DNA of 64,000 nt, taken from Podarcis melisellensis. Taxonomy: Eukaryota. The stretch is from the NCBI GenBank assembly GCA_964234715.1, contig OZ174280.1; one strand, given 5' to 3'. The first letter of the stretch is position 1; the number at the start of each line of letters is the position of its first letter. Both the position numbers and the translations under genes were made by a program. Shown here one piece after another: positions 52,101 through 64,000 of the stretch. Under the pieces are notes generated by a model, which was not told the DNA's origin, searched no databases, and was given only the letters and a program-made list of their open reading frames with translations.

Positions 52101-55100
52101 CCGCGTCCCTTTGGTAGCCATAGCAGGATGCAAAAAACTGAAAAGAAACATAACAATCTGAGCAGTGAAGTGAATCCCACCTGAGAGGCACCTGCCTTCC
52201 TCTTACAGGAGGGAGCACTATAGTATACTTCTACAGATCTGCTGGTACTCATGAAAGCCTTCCTCCATTTTTCCTATTCACATGGGCGCGCACAGAGAGC
52301 TTACAATTCCTTGTGTGCCCAGATACTAACAGCCTGTAAAGTAGGAATGGAAACCTGTAGTCTAGCAACATCTGGAGAGCTACAAGTCCCATCATGCCGA
52401 CTATTAGCCCTGCTGGCTAATAGTCCCATTAACATCTGGGGGCTGTAGATTCCAGATTGCCCACACCCGTTAAGAGGCTTCTACACTCATTTGTTTATAG
52501 AAAATGAGCTTATCTATGAACATGGCACATTAGCACGTTCTCCTTAATCAGGTCTAGCTGGAATATTGAGGAAACTCTTGCAGAAACAGTAAAGAAGAGG
52601 CTGGCTCCTCTCTCCCCAAGACACCTTCCTGCCCAAAGATCCTCACCTGAATTTGCTGCCCCATGGAACAGGAGGGGCGCAACTCTCGGCCGGGCCCACT
52701 GCGCATGCGAAAAGCCCCTTGTCTGTCCAGGGAATGTGGCCGCGCATTACGCAGCCGAGTCCGTTCGTGCCACGATTTTAGCTCTTCTGTCACGGCCGAC
52801 TTGGAGAGGACTCGGGGCCCCATCGGGGAGCAGTCCTTCAGAGATGGGGTGCGCACCACCCTGCTGTGGGAAACAACCGACCGGTGGAACCGCACAGGCA
52901 CCGCCTCTTCCTTGTAGGCAAAATGGGCAGAGCTTACAGACAGGAAGGGCGGCCGGCTGTGGCCGAGCTCCCGCCCAGCCGGCAGGTGGTTGTCATATTC
53001 TACGGCAGAGAAGTAGCCCAGCGGTGAGAGCAGCTTCTGAGGACACTGGCAGTGGTATTCGGGTCCGTTCCCCTTGGAGGTCTGGTTCTGGAATGGCTGC
53101 AGGGGCTCCTCCACGGGGACCGAGGAGCTTGGCTTCAGGAAGGAGATGTCGGGGCTGCTGCTGCCGGCAGAGGTGGTTGTATAGGAGATGCTGGAGACAT
53201 CCGAATTGCTGTCTTCTGAGGCGGAGTGGTAGGTGGGCTTGGCGGCTGGGTTGGCCTTGGGCACAGAGAAGCAGTACTCGGGGACGGTGACAGTGTAGTA
53301 GGTGGGACGCCGCCTTGGCAATGCGCTTCTTCCGCGGGACTCGAAACCTTCCCGGGATGAACACACCCTGGAGGCCGGAAGGAGAGAGTTAAGACCATCT
53401 ATCAGGAGCTCACAATGGCCACCTTAACACCTTTGAAGCACTTCCCCCTAAGGATTATGGGAGGTTCAGCGCAATGAGAGTCGTTAGGAGGCCCCCTTCC
53501 CTTCACACAGCTACAGTTCTTACGAGTTGCCTACAAGGAAGGATTGATTGTTAAATCCAGGACTTTTTTCATCCGGAACTCAGTGCTGGCACCTCTCAGG
53601 TGGGCGCCATTGCCATTATAAGAGAACAAGGGAGGAGTTTAGAAAAAACAGCACTGGTTAAACCACTCTAGGAATTGCCAGGAGAACTCCAAGAACATTA
53701 TGTCAGATGTGGGGAGGAGAAAGGAGAAATGCTTACACTGCCACAGCAATCTCCTTAGAGCTACTTTGCATTATGATATGCTTCCTTTGTATAGTTTATT
53801 CTGCACACAGTTGGAAAAGGAGGGTCATGAAACAATGCAGGGCACTGAAGCCCCTACTCTTAACTGCTGGAAATCCTGTTTGCCCCTCCTCTAGCTTCCA
53901 ACATTTTCCCAAACATTGCTCATTTGCCTTCAAGCCTATTTTCATAGCTAGGAGAACTAGAAAACCCTTTTTTCAAAATAACAACAACAACAAAAATAAC
54001 AAAAATAACTGAGAGCTGAGATTCCCAAAAATTTTAAATTTTGCATTTGTGAGGCCTGATAATAGAAGCAAAACGTACACATAGCCTCACCCCAAGGTGT
54101 CTGACATGTTCAAACTTCAAAGAGTGATTAGGTAACAACAGGCAGGGCCACCTGCTTGAGTACATGAATTGACCCTACGTCCATATAGTACCTCATGAGT
54201 TGAGGTTGTCCTCTCCTTCCCAGGAACTCCGGTGTCTGTGGGGCACTGGAACCAGCCTGTTTCCTTACTTCCAGCTTCCTGGGAGGAACAAAGTGGCATG
54301 GCGATGCCTCAGCACTCGTCTGAGGGGTACGGCTGGGTGACGGTTGAGACAGCAGGCCTGGACTGCTGCAACAGAACACAATAAGAACATCAAGTAAGAA
54401 ACTGCCTGCAGTCCTGTCATCTTTCTTTGTGTGCAAAGGAGTGAGAGGCTCTGGTCAGGGGTCAAATCCCCCTCCCTTTCATCTTTCCTAAGAGTGAAAA
54501 ACAGGAGTAAAAAGAGAAAGCAAGACTCAAGTGGGTCTACAAAGCCCACTGTTCTGGCTTAGTTAATTGGACTACTAAGTTTCTAGGTCAGTGGTTCTCA
54601 AAGGACACTTTCCCCAATGCAATTGTGAAGCCTACATTGGCTGGGATTTACATGCAATTTCATTTCATGTTATTAAATTAAGCAACTTTAAGGTGGATTT
54701 GTGGAAATAAAAAAATGGAAACATTGCACAATCACAATAAAGCAGCAAAACAATACAATGCTTATTGTTCTTAAAACAAAGTAATGGACATACACTACAG
54801 TAGCTTCCATATTAACTGCATGCAAATAACCATTAACAGAAGCCATGCAGGCATATCCGAAGAAGAGCAAGAAAAGAGAGAGAAGAAAGGTCTTGACCTT
54901 GGCACACTGCTGGGCTCAGTGGATTTCTTTGGCTTTTCATAGGGCTTGTCCAGACTGGTCTCTTTCCATGGGCTGTTTTGGATGGGAGAGCACTCCACGT
55001 CAGTGGCTTGGTAGTGGGTTTGCCCTTCTAGTAACGCAGAACGCAGAGGCTGAGCCGAAGAACCAGGCGGGGGTTGGAGGCGAGCTGAAGCTGTGAGGAT

Positions 55101-58100
55101 TGGCGGAAGATGGGCGCTCAGCACCTGGGATTCTTCAGAAAAGGAAAAGGAAAAAACTGCAGCATTCCAACACTAAAACCTGGGTGGTAGCATTATCTAC
55201 TGAGTTACATTCAAGGTGCTGGAACTGCTGTACAAATCCCCATGCATCTTGGGACCAGGGTACCTAAAATATCATCTCACCCCTTACATACCCACTCAAT
55301 CAATCACTGCACTCTGCAGGTGAGGGCCTCCTGCAAATACCATATTGTAATGGGGTCAACCCTGCACAATACAGGAATCGGGCCTTTAGTGTGCTGGAAT
55401 CTGCCCCTTGGAATCCCCTCTGTTGTGTTTTCAGCACCTGCTGAAGACTTTCCAGTTCCAACAAGCCATTTAAATGGAGGAGTTCGTCCCAAACTGCATC
55501 TGTACTGGAACTACTTTTAACAGTTTTCATATGTGTAATTGTAATTGTTTTATGTATGGAACTGTTTTTAACTGTTTTACACTTTTCTTGTTTTATAGTT
55601 GTGACTATTTTGCTTGCTTCAAAACTGTTTATTTTATTGCTGTAGTCTACCCTGGCACCTTATAGTAAAAGGCAGGTAAGATATCTAATAATAGATTTTT
55701 TAAAAAGCATGAATAACCACTGACTTAGGCTATATCATTCAAAATATACCAAATCACTTATCACAGACTCTTATCATCCTCTAGATTAAACCAAAACAGG
55801 ATGTTGAATTTAGCAGATATCCACAGTCATAAAAGACCCACTTATCGGTCACCTTTGTACTTGAATCTTTTGAAAATTTAGATGAGATCCATTCACTAAC
55901 TCTCTTCTCTGCCTTACAAGTCCAGCTGGCTGCTGTGGCCTAATTCTTAGTCATGTGGTATGAATCAAGGCCAAACCTCGACAAGATGTCAGAGAGCAGT
56001 GATCAGATACAGTTTGTCTCTTCAAAGGCTTAACTACCACTTTACGCTAGGTGAAGGAAAGTCACAAGCACACGGTAATGACAGTGCAGAGATCACAGTT
56101 ATCTAGTTTACCTTCTTCTACCGCAACAGCATCCAACAAGGAGTTCTCATCAGAGGCACTGAACCCTGGTGAAGACACAAGAATTGGCACGGAGAACGAG
56201 GAACAATGATCAGATTTTCAAGCAGTTATTAGAACCCTCTGATGCTCCCTAGAAATATGTGCTCATAAATCCCACTGAGCTTCTAGAAGGGGGAAATAAA
56301 AGCTCCCTCTCCCTTCTTAGTTCTGAGCTAATTCCCAGAGCCTCAAACCACATCATTCAAAGCCCTGCATTCACACACACACTTAAGCTCCTCAAAGAGA
56401 TATTCCCTGATGCAGTGAATTAATAGTAATCGGGGAGATTTAGAGTCACATTTTGGGAATCTTCTTCCCACACAGGCAAAACACTTAATTATGAATTAAT
56501 ATTTTAAAAATTCTTTCGCTCTTCAAATGCAGTATGGATGCTATAAACTGGCCATAGTCCAATGCAGAGTTAAGTGCCCTCAAGCTGATTGATTTTCGGA
56601 GGCCTTAAGCATGCTTAACTCTGTGTTGAAATGTAGCTACCAGCCACTGAGTTTCTTTTACTGCCTGCCCCCAGGCGATTCTGTGGCCAAGGGAGGGTCA
56701 GATGGCCTCATTCAGAAGCTGAGACCTCTTGCCCAATCTGCCTAGACATCTCGTCCATCAGCAGGGCAGCTGTGGGATTCCTCAAGCAAGCGGCAGAGGA
56801 GGGAGGCAGCAATTTCTCACGTGCAAACATTCATCTTTCTACAGTCTTGCGCAAAAAAAACCACTGGACAGAGATTATAAGCAACTACCCACCCACACCA
56901 GTGGACCTTATCAATATAGATGCTTCCTTAATGGAATACCTGGGCAAGAACCATCAGAATGTAAGACGAGTCTGCTGGATCAGGCCATTGGCCAGTGGCC
57001 CACCTTGTCCAGCATCCTGTTCTCACGATGGCCAACCAGACACACAAGGGAAGCCTGCAAGCCAGAACATGAGCAGCCTGCCCACCTGTGGGTCCCAGGA
57101 ACTGGTATTCAGAGTCACGGTGCCTCTGACAGTAGAGGCAGAAAATAGCAACCATGGCTAGATAGCCTTGCCCTCTATGAATTTGTCCAGTCCTCTAACA
57201 AAGCCATCCAAGCTGGGGGCCATTACTGCCTCCTGTTGGAGCAAATTCCATAGTTTAACAATGCACTGTGTGAAGTGCAGTGCATGGTCCTTCATCTTCC
57301 AGCTTCATATCTTCCAGCTTCATTGAGTGCCTGCAGTTTCTAGTGTTATGAGAGAGGATCTATAGGCCGGGTGCAGGGTAGAGTGAGCAGTACAATGCCA
57401 TCCTCTGCATGCTTATTTCCCGTTACGGCCCATGCAGCAAACTTCCCCACGTCCCTATAAAACCAAGAGATTTGGATCCAGAGCTATCTAACTTCCTACG
57501 CCTTCCTAAGGGTTAATCTGGCACTGCAGGTCTTTGCGTCATTCGCTGCAGGTTTCTACATGCTTCCTCCTCCAGCTGGCTCTCCCTGTTCTTTATTGAG
57601 CTCACTTTGGCAACCGCTGACAGAAAACTGCAGTTTGCGTAGATTACAGGGGCAGGAAGAAGCCATAAAAGGCCAGTTTCCTCCCTTGAACTGGGATGAA
57701 TTCCAACTAAACCACGCCTGTCAGAAGCCTGTCTGACCTACTTCTGATTTCTAGGGACAGATATTTAATCCCAGACTCTGTCTTCATTTCCTGACAACTC
57801 AAGGTTTTTTTGTTGGGGTGTTTTTTTTTAATTAATAAACCCTCTTCCTTATACTTACTCATTTCAATTTATCACCATTCAATTTTGTCCTGCTGTACAG
57901 TGGCCACAAAGAACAATTTTACTATACCTCCCTTTGTATATTTTTATCGTCATTATCACCACACGCAAAGGACCCATTTCTCAGACTTGCCTGTCTAGGC
58001 CTTTGCATTGATCTCAAGGCCACTGTGGGATGCTGAGCTCCAGCTCACCTTGTAAGGCTGGCGCACTGGCCCTCAGCTGTGACGAATGCCTGGCTGCCTG

Positions 58101-61100
58101 GCGGCACTCTGTGACAGACTGCTCCAGCTCCTTCAGCTTCTTTTCCTCCTTCAGCACAGCACTTTTGCGGCGCTTCCGAACCTGCTTGGTGAGATTCTCT
58201 TCCCGGGACAGACATCGTGCTGCTTCAGCAATTTGCAGCTGCAGAGCTAGGTCTCTCTCCAACATGCTCAGAGGATCCTGCGGCGGACAACAGACATGGA
58301 TTCCAAACTATGAAACTCTTCGGAAAGGATGGAGCGACCCAGCATTTCAAAAGGGGCCACATGAGGACTAAAGTGGCAGAATCCAAAATCATAGCAATGG
58401 AGAAGCCCAGGGAAGGGCTGTACAGCTCAGTGGAAGAGCTTGCAAGAGATCCTAGGTTCAATTTCCAGCATCTTCAGCTAGGGCTGGGAAAGTCTGCTGC
58501 CTGCCAGTTTTGTAATAGACCAGGGCTTCCCAAACTTGGGTCTCCAGCTGTTTTTGGACTACAACTCCCATCATCCCTAGCTAGCAGGACCAGTGGTCAA
58601 GGATAATGGGAACTGTAGTCCAAAAACAGCTAGAGACCCAATTTTGAGAAACACGGGTGTAGACAATACTGAACTAAATGGACCAATGGTCCAATTGGGC
58701 ATTAGGCAGCTTCTTGTATTTCTAGGGCACTCTTGACAGCTGGATGCTTCCAAGACATTACTACCATCACCCCATCCTCTGCTTCAGCTCATAAATCATA
58801 GGCTCCTTCCTTACGTCCTTTGGTAGATCAAATCAGATATTGAGTATGACTTTCACGCATCTCCCAGTTACATTCCATGAGTGGTCGGATGAAAAGATAG
58901 CAGGGTTCTTGCACTTTTAATAGCTGCATAGAAGTGGGAACCTCAGTAAATGTAGCTTGCATGACACCAGCTGCAATTCAACTATTAAAAGCACATGAGC
59001 CCCAATTGTCTTCTTTTGCATCTGAGCACCCCAGTGCATTCAACTAGCGTAGAAAGGCATCACAGGCTGAACGGAATCTTCCTGTCTCACTCACAGTCAG
59101 GATAATTAAATAACAATAGACGGGTGATTTCCCACTCCTTCAATGCCTGCTTATGAGCAGAATGGAGATTCTAATCCAGTTTAGGGATTTGCGAATCCTG
59201 AGCCAGGGATGGTAATTATTCTGGATTTAAGAAATCCGCAGGGGTGTGTTCTTCTGTGTGAGCCATAGGACTGATGTCCTGGGCCCAGTTCCCAGCTGTC
59301 TGCCCTGCCCAGGCTTCTGAAGGAGGAAAACTGTCCACAGACTAAATGGAAATGTTCTATGTTTCTGGGGCAAGAGCTTCCTAATGGCTGGGGAAAGGGA
59401 GCAAAAAGGCAGGTCAGTAGGCAACATTCAGCAAGGTGAAGGTGAAATGAAATTCCAAAGTTACGGTAAGTGTGCGTGTGAGAAAGAAGCTATAGTAAGC
59501 AAGAACACTTGTACAAAACACACACAATTCCACTCGGAGTCCACACCCTGTGCCACCCACTATAGGCACACAGCAAAAAAATAATAAGCAGCACCACACC
59601 TAGGCCGCCTCCTACTAAGATTATTATTAAAACAGACGACAGGGGAGAAAAAGAGAGAGTGAGACTGCATAGCTGAAGAGTCAACAGATCCCACACCTTT
59701 GATGGAAATGAGGCCTAACTCCCTCTGTGTGTTTGGAGCCTGAAGCGTCTCTGTCCCTTTGGGAGTTTCTAACAGGATGCTGAACCCGAACAACCTCATC
59801 ATTCCCAAAAGTCCTCTTTTAGCTGACAGCTGCTTCCTGGCACTGTATCGTCTTCAGTGGGAATTCACAGCATAATCCTAATGCAAGCCATCCCTTCTCA
59901 ACAAAGAAACGTGTTTGGTTTTTTTCCTGGATTAGTTTAACTTGGTTTCAAAAATGGTGAAAACAAACAAACAAAAAATTCCCCACTTCTATAAAGTCTG
60001 CCTGCCTGTTGAGAACTGAGGGTTTATGTAGACAATTGGTGAAAGGGATTACAGATGGAAAATTACATGGGTATGTACATGCCCTCACCAGGGGGAAACT
60101 TGCTTTTCGCCCTCTTGCACTTGACACAGAGAACTCTTTTACTGTGCAAATTGAAATTGCGTGGCTTTTTGTTATTTCTGGCTGTAAAGGCTCTCAGAAG
60201 AAACCAGTTTGATTCTCAGTGAGGTGATTTGCTGGCGATTGCCAGTATAGAGGGCAAGTTGCTTTTGAATTACAGCTTCATCTGCCAGAAAAAAATGGTC
60301 TAGTGACTCTAGTATCAGCAGCACAACATTTTTCTTCCCATCTCATCCTGGACACTTCTGTGCTCGCAGCAAGGGTTGCCATGACAGCTGATAGTGACTC
60401 CCACCACAAGCAGATTTCCAAGCAGCCCTCTGGATAATTGGAAATGTTGTTTCTGCCCATATTCCCTAAACACCTCAGCAAGATTCCTTACCACTCCTCT
60501 GGAGAAAAAGGCCTTCTCATCCAATCTGAAAGCAGCACCAATTCGACGTCGGACCTTTGGGGCCACTTCTCCTGGTTTCAGAGGATACTCTGAAGGAAGC
60601 AATCCTGTCAGTTCCTGTCAAGAAAACAGCAAAGGGAATGTTCAATTGCTAGAACTGTGTACTTTCAGTCACACCCTGGGTCTTCAGAGCAGCTTACAAA
60701 ATACCTGTCTATCAATCTCTCTCTCTAAATAGGATCTCATGCCATTATTTTGTTAGCTTGGCAGCTTCTTATATTTCCTCAGTGTCCCATGACATCAAGT
60801 TAACCTCAGGCACAGAAGACAGCCATAGATAGATGCCACACAAAATAACCAGGCCTGAGTTCATTCCAAACCAAAGCTGCTTTTTTTTAAGTGCAGCCAG
60901 ACCCAAAATGGACAGTTACTGGGTAGGGGGAGGTGGGCAGTTCAAAAATTCAAATTATGCAAAAGTTGTATTATGTTAGGTGATGAAAAAATGACTGATA
61001 AAAATGTGAAAAGTAATTTAAATAGTCCAGACTCCCACAGACCAGGTCCTGTTCAAGCATACCCATTTCTCTTCCCTTTGCCAAAGACATGCCCCACACT

Positions 61101-62286
61101 CCACTGTTAGTTGGGAGTTCAAGATTCCTCTTGTGTGAAGTTTGACTATAACACTATTCTGCATTAGTGCTGCCAGATTCCCAGTTCTGGGGATTTTCTC
61201 CCACTCTTTGTAGGCTTCCAAATGTCATGAAATGTGTCTCTAAGCAAGAAAGTATGTATGCACACACACACACACACACACAGAAGATGCACAGGTGTGT
61301 TGTAGCAGTGTGTGCTTTGTGCCCCAATTACAATGGCAAACCACTGGGCAGCTCTAAATTTCCCTTTAAAAAACATTTTCCCTAAACTTATTTACAAATC
61401 CAATTATTTCCAGTGCCCCCCTGAAAACTAATGGCAAGGCACATGAAGAGGTAGTGTTAGATAGGAAATAGACTGGGGAAGTAATAGAAAATTCCGGAAA
61501 ATATTCCCTAAAACATTCAAGAGAGCAAGGTACAGTTCTGGTGTCCTGCAAAACCAACCAACCAAACAAAAACCCATTTGTTTTGTACTCTTTTAACTGA
61601 GGGCAATAGCAATAGCTAGAAAGGGTAGTTTATTGTTTTAATTATTTTCTCCTTGACGCATTAAAATACCACAACTAATAGTGGTTGGTTTGATGGGTTG
61701 GTTCTGATCCAGGGGGCCCAGAAAATTTTCTCTGGGAGAAACTTCCACGTTCAATTTTTAACTATTTGCAGTATCTCAGGTCAGGAGGGAAAAGTTACCT
61801 CATCAGATTCACTTGCAGCATATGGCTAGGCTCGCTTAATTAAGCTTGTTAATTATGGGTTGCTTTAGAAGTTAACGTCTTGAATAATGCAGGAGCAACT
61901 CTCCAATGGGGAAAGTGTTCTTGATACAGTCTTTGCCCTTTCTTTGCCCCCAGATATTTTCTCCTAGTACTACCTTTGGGTTACATTGCCCCTCCCTCGT
62001 ATCTGAATGTCTTTGATCTCTGAGGAAAGCCTCTCCAGTTTCTGTGAGCGTCCGAGTCCAAAGAACTACAGCCCTTAAAGATGGGCCCTCTTTACTTTAG
62101 CAGGACACCTCATGCAGCCCAAAGGGTGTGGGGCAACCTTGCAGACTTCCTGGCCCCTTACCGCTTCGCGCAAACACAGCCTTCGCAGCTCCTGCACACA
62201 GGCCTCTAGTCGCTCCTCCAGCGCCTTCTGCTGTTTCCTCATAGCTTGCGTCAGATCCTTCATTGGAGACATGGGGCTGTCTAGTC
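49008..62286 (-). CDS. INAVA: INAVA / C1orf106 (innate immunity activator; CUPID/DUF3338 domain), multi-exon gene span, 5'-partial
   Basis: Spliced translation DSPMSPMKDLT...RRLCLREAELTGLLPSEYPLKPGE.APKVRRRIGAAF...SPWKETSLD.PYEKP...RPHSLDRQGAFR...VQVYVPENGEIITQV matches recalled human INAVA. Convergent to KIF21B as in human. 1754 nt with consistent phases. Confidence 0.93.
50898..51018. mobile_element. Palindromic MITE-like element (related copy ~63511-63620)
   Basis: gttgtattcagtgctagtcctactta ... tgagtaggattaacactggatacaac inverted arms; shared ttcaatgggtctac core. Confidence 0.55.
51746..52109 (-). mobile_element. Full-length Sauria SINE (Squam1-type; tRNA head, RTE/Bov-B-like (ACCTTT)n tail)
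   Basis: Minus strand begins GGGACGCGGGTGGCGCTGTGGGTTAAAG (A box), has GGTTCGAATCC (B box) and an ACCTTT tail; perfect 13-bp TSD tttggtagccata (51733-51745 / 52110-52122). Confidence 0.9.
52647..53367 (-). CDS. INAVA: INAVA large exon (VCSSREGFESRGRSALPRRRPTYYTVTVP...RPHSLDRQGAFR...QIQ)
   Basis: ctccag|G...CAG|gtgagg; 270-aa ORF in the track. Confidence 0.93.
53558..53656. mobile_element. Short hAT MITE nested in an older MITE
   Basis: caggacttttttc ... gaaaaaacagcactg; TSD gttaaatc / gttaaacc. Confidence 0.65.
54192..54365 (-). CDS. INAVA: INAVA exon (SSPGLL...SAPQTPEFLGRRGQPQLM)
   Basis: ttgcag|C...AG|gtacta. Confidence 0.85.
54898..55132 (-). CDS. INAVA: INAVA exon (ESQVLS...QNSPWKETSLDKPYEKP...)
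   Basis: ctgaag|AA...AG|gtcaag; boundaries chosen for phase compatibility. Confidence 0.85.
56112..56165 (-). CDS. INAVA: INAVA small exon (GFSASDENSLLDAVAVEE)
   Basis: caccag|GG...G|gtaaac; aligns to recalled human ELSASDDSSLSDGLLLEE; phase 1-1. Confidence 0.82.
56950..57355 (-). mobile_element. CR1-like LINE 3' fragment (related copies ~6958-7235 and ~22105-22252)
   Basis: Three dispersed copies share gtaagaagagtctgctggatcag...cacagtggccaaccag...ttccatagtttaac. Confidence 0.6.
58049..58277 (-). CDS. INAVA: INAVA exon (DPLSMLERDLALQLQIAEAA...PALQ)
   Basis: ccgcag|GAT...G|gtgagc. Confidence 0.91.
58411..58725 (+). mobile_element. Same tRNA-derived SINE family, interrupted by a MITE
   Basis: Head before 58521; body (gtgtagacaatactgaactaaatggaccaatgg) resumes at 58657. 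Confidence 0.7.
58521..58656. mobile_element. Palindromic hAT-type MITE nested inside a SINE
   Basis: Inverted arms cagggcttcccaaacttgggtctccagctgtttttggactaca; same core as the 40508 copy; flanks end ..tagac on both sides. Confidence 0.82.
60492..60614 (-). CDS. INAVA: INAVA exon (ELTGLLPSEYPLKPGEVAPKVRRRIGAAFRL...)
   Basis: tgacag|GAA...GTG|gtaagg; CUPID core. Confidence 0.92.
62162..62286 (-). CDS. INAVA: INAVA exon (GLDSPMSPMKDL...LCLREA)
   Basis: minus strand ttccag|GA...GCG|gtaagg. Confidence 0.92.
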
Positions 62287-63694
62287 CTGGAAGGGTTGAG
62301 ACAGACACAGACTGATGACCTGTCAGGTGCTACGGGCGGGAAGGGAAGCAGCAATATTTAATGACCCATACAGAGATGCCCTTGGGCAACTTTCTGGAGC
62401 CAGCTGCAGGTCTTGCGAATGCATCTTAAAGACCGGTGTCATTAGCAGTTATCATAAAAATGGCATGGGACATCAAAGGAGAGGCTGTCCTGACAGCTCA
62501 TCAGGTGGGGTATGGAATGTGTACAACAGCCAGGACTGATTAGCTCCTACTTCCAAGCTGCAAGCACCTCAAGGTCATCGCAGATCAGATAAGGAGGAGA
62601 CTCCATGGTGATATTCCTGATCATTAAGTTTATTGCAGAACTAAGCAAACAGATTTGCTGCTCTGCTCACAGACCGGAACAAAAAGGAGTCTTTGATATT
62701 TGTAAGCCTTAAGACAGCAGTTCCAGAAGATTTTAGCTCATGCTGCTTCTTCCACAGATCAGAGGCACTCAGCCAGATTGTTGACTCCTCACAAGCCACA
62801 TAAAGGTCAGATCTCAACCCACACTAGCTCATTCATACAGGACAATAGGAGACCATTCCCTCATAAGTGTAGGGGTGGGTGCAGAGTTGTGTGAAACCAT
62901 ACAACACTTTCTGAGTGGTGATGGTAGAAGAAACGTCTGCAGTTTAGAACTAACTTGCTAAACTGGGAGCAGTTTCTATTCAGATGTACCCTGAGATATC
63001 AAATAAGCACTTGGGGTTGCAAAAGGAATCAGACTAAGAAGTGGATGCTGAACTCGCTTATTATTTTGTTTGTCTGGATCCCCCGCTGCAACTCTTGCTT
63101 AGAGCTGCTATGCACTATAGATCCCAAATAGCGCTGTTCACTGGCATGAGCCCACCCTATGAAAAAAAGATTACCATTCCTTGTCTGTACACACAGATAG
63201 TTCAAAACCATTAAGAGATGCATTATATGCCATAGTTTCCTACATGAGAGAGAATCTTGTTGTATATACAACATTGCATCTTAAGTGTGGCCTGATTATT
63301 TACTTCTACCACAAGTATGTTGTTCAGCACTTTTACGCTAATTGTTCATGGAAGCTGTTTCTAAAGTTTATATATAACTAAGTAAGTACAACGATCAGGT
63401 ATTACTCATGCAGAAAGTATGCCACATACCGGGCAGCCGAAGGATTTTAGTGAAATAGTCTCCTACGGAGTCTTCGGGAGGAATTACGTCCACTTTGAAA
63501 CACCCCAGATGGTATTCAACTAAGTTTTACTCAGAGTAATACCAATGAAATCTATAAGCATGACTAAGTTAGGTCCATTAATTTCAATGGGTCTACCCTG
63601 GGTAAGTTGAACACTACCTTCTGCCTGTATTTCAATGCTACTAATGTTTTTTGAAAAGAAATCTTTTATGATGAGGAAGCAGTTATATTGCAAG

Positions 63695-63835
63695 ATAGAA
63701 TAATAGAATTGTAGAGTTGGAAAGCGACCACAAGGATCATCTAGTTCAACCCCCTGCAATGGAGGAATCTTTTATCCAATGTGGGGCTCAAACCCACGAC
63801 CCTGAGATTAAGAGTCTCATGCTCTACCAGCTGAG
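63695..63835 (-). mobile_element. tRNA-Lys(CTT)-derived SINE with CR1-like 3' tail
   Basis: Minus strand CTCAGCTGGTAGAGCATGAGACTCTTAATCTCAGGGTCGTGGGTTTGAGCCCCAC is close to tRNA-Lys-CTT but lacks the 5' acceptor stem; followed by a CR1-type tail ...TTCCAACTCTACAATTCTAT. Confidence 0.75.
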
Positions 63836-64000
63836 AAGTGCGGTACTTTAAACTGGTTGGGGGAGGGGGGAAACTGTGGTCTTTCAGATATTGCTGGACT
63901 ACAATTCTCATAATCCCTTAACACAGGCCAAGTTGGCTGCACTTAATGGGAGTCCAACAACATTTGACATGTCACATGTTCCCCACTCCTGCTTTTAAAG

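Noticed and set aside
52736-53290. 184-aa plus-strand ORF
   Set aside because: Antisense to the GC-rich INAVA exon; low stop frequency explains it.
63430-63521. Possible upstream INAVA exon ending ...KILRLP G|gtatgt in compatible phase
   Set aside because: No ATG, an in-frame stop just upstream, it overlaps a MITE edge, and it has no convincing similarity to the recalled N-terminus (SDTDSGIIL).

Overview
Vertebrate genomic DNA, most likely from a squamate and probably a lacertid lizard (judged from Sauria/Squam-type SINEs). It holds two convergent protein-coding genes. On the + strand is KIF21B (kinesin-4: motor domain, coiled-coil stalk, WD40 tail). I traced 33 internal coding exons (4847-42053) and two alternative last exons (42755-42854 and 43835-43889). 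All have GT-AG sites and consistent phases (4882 nt to the first stop). The start-codon exon lies upstream of the window, and exon numbers assume it is exon 1. On the - strand is INAVA/C1orf106, with 8 coding exons (62286 down to 49008); its start-codon exon was not found in the window. Introns contain a young, 5'-truncated sense-strand L1 (~37323-39974), an older antisense L1 relic, CR1/L2 fragments, tRNA-derived SINEs, many hAT MITEs and a Tc1/mariner-type non-autonomous element. No prokaryote-type system is present and I cannot claim a wholly new biological system. The best leads are three. (1) The L1 3' end forms a ready-made cryptic terminal exon just before KIF21B exon 33. (2) The TcMar element carries an array of co-varying hairpins. 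(3) A candidate frame-preserving 81-nt GC-AG cassette exon sits in the KIF21B stalk. Gene identities rest on my recall of the human proteins, not on a database search.
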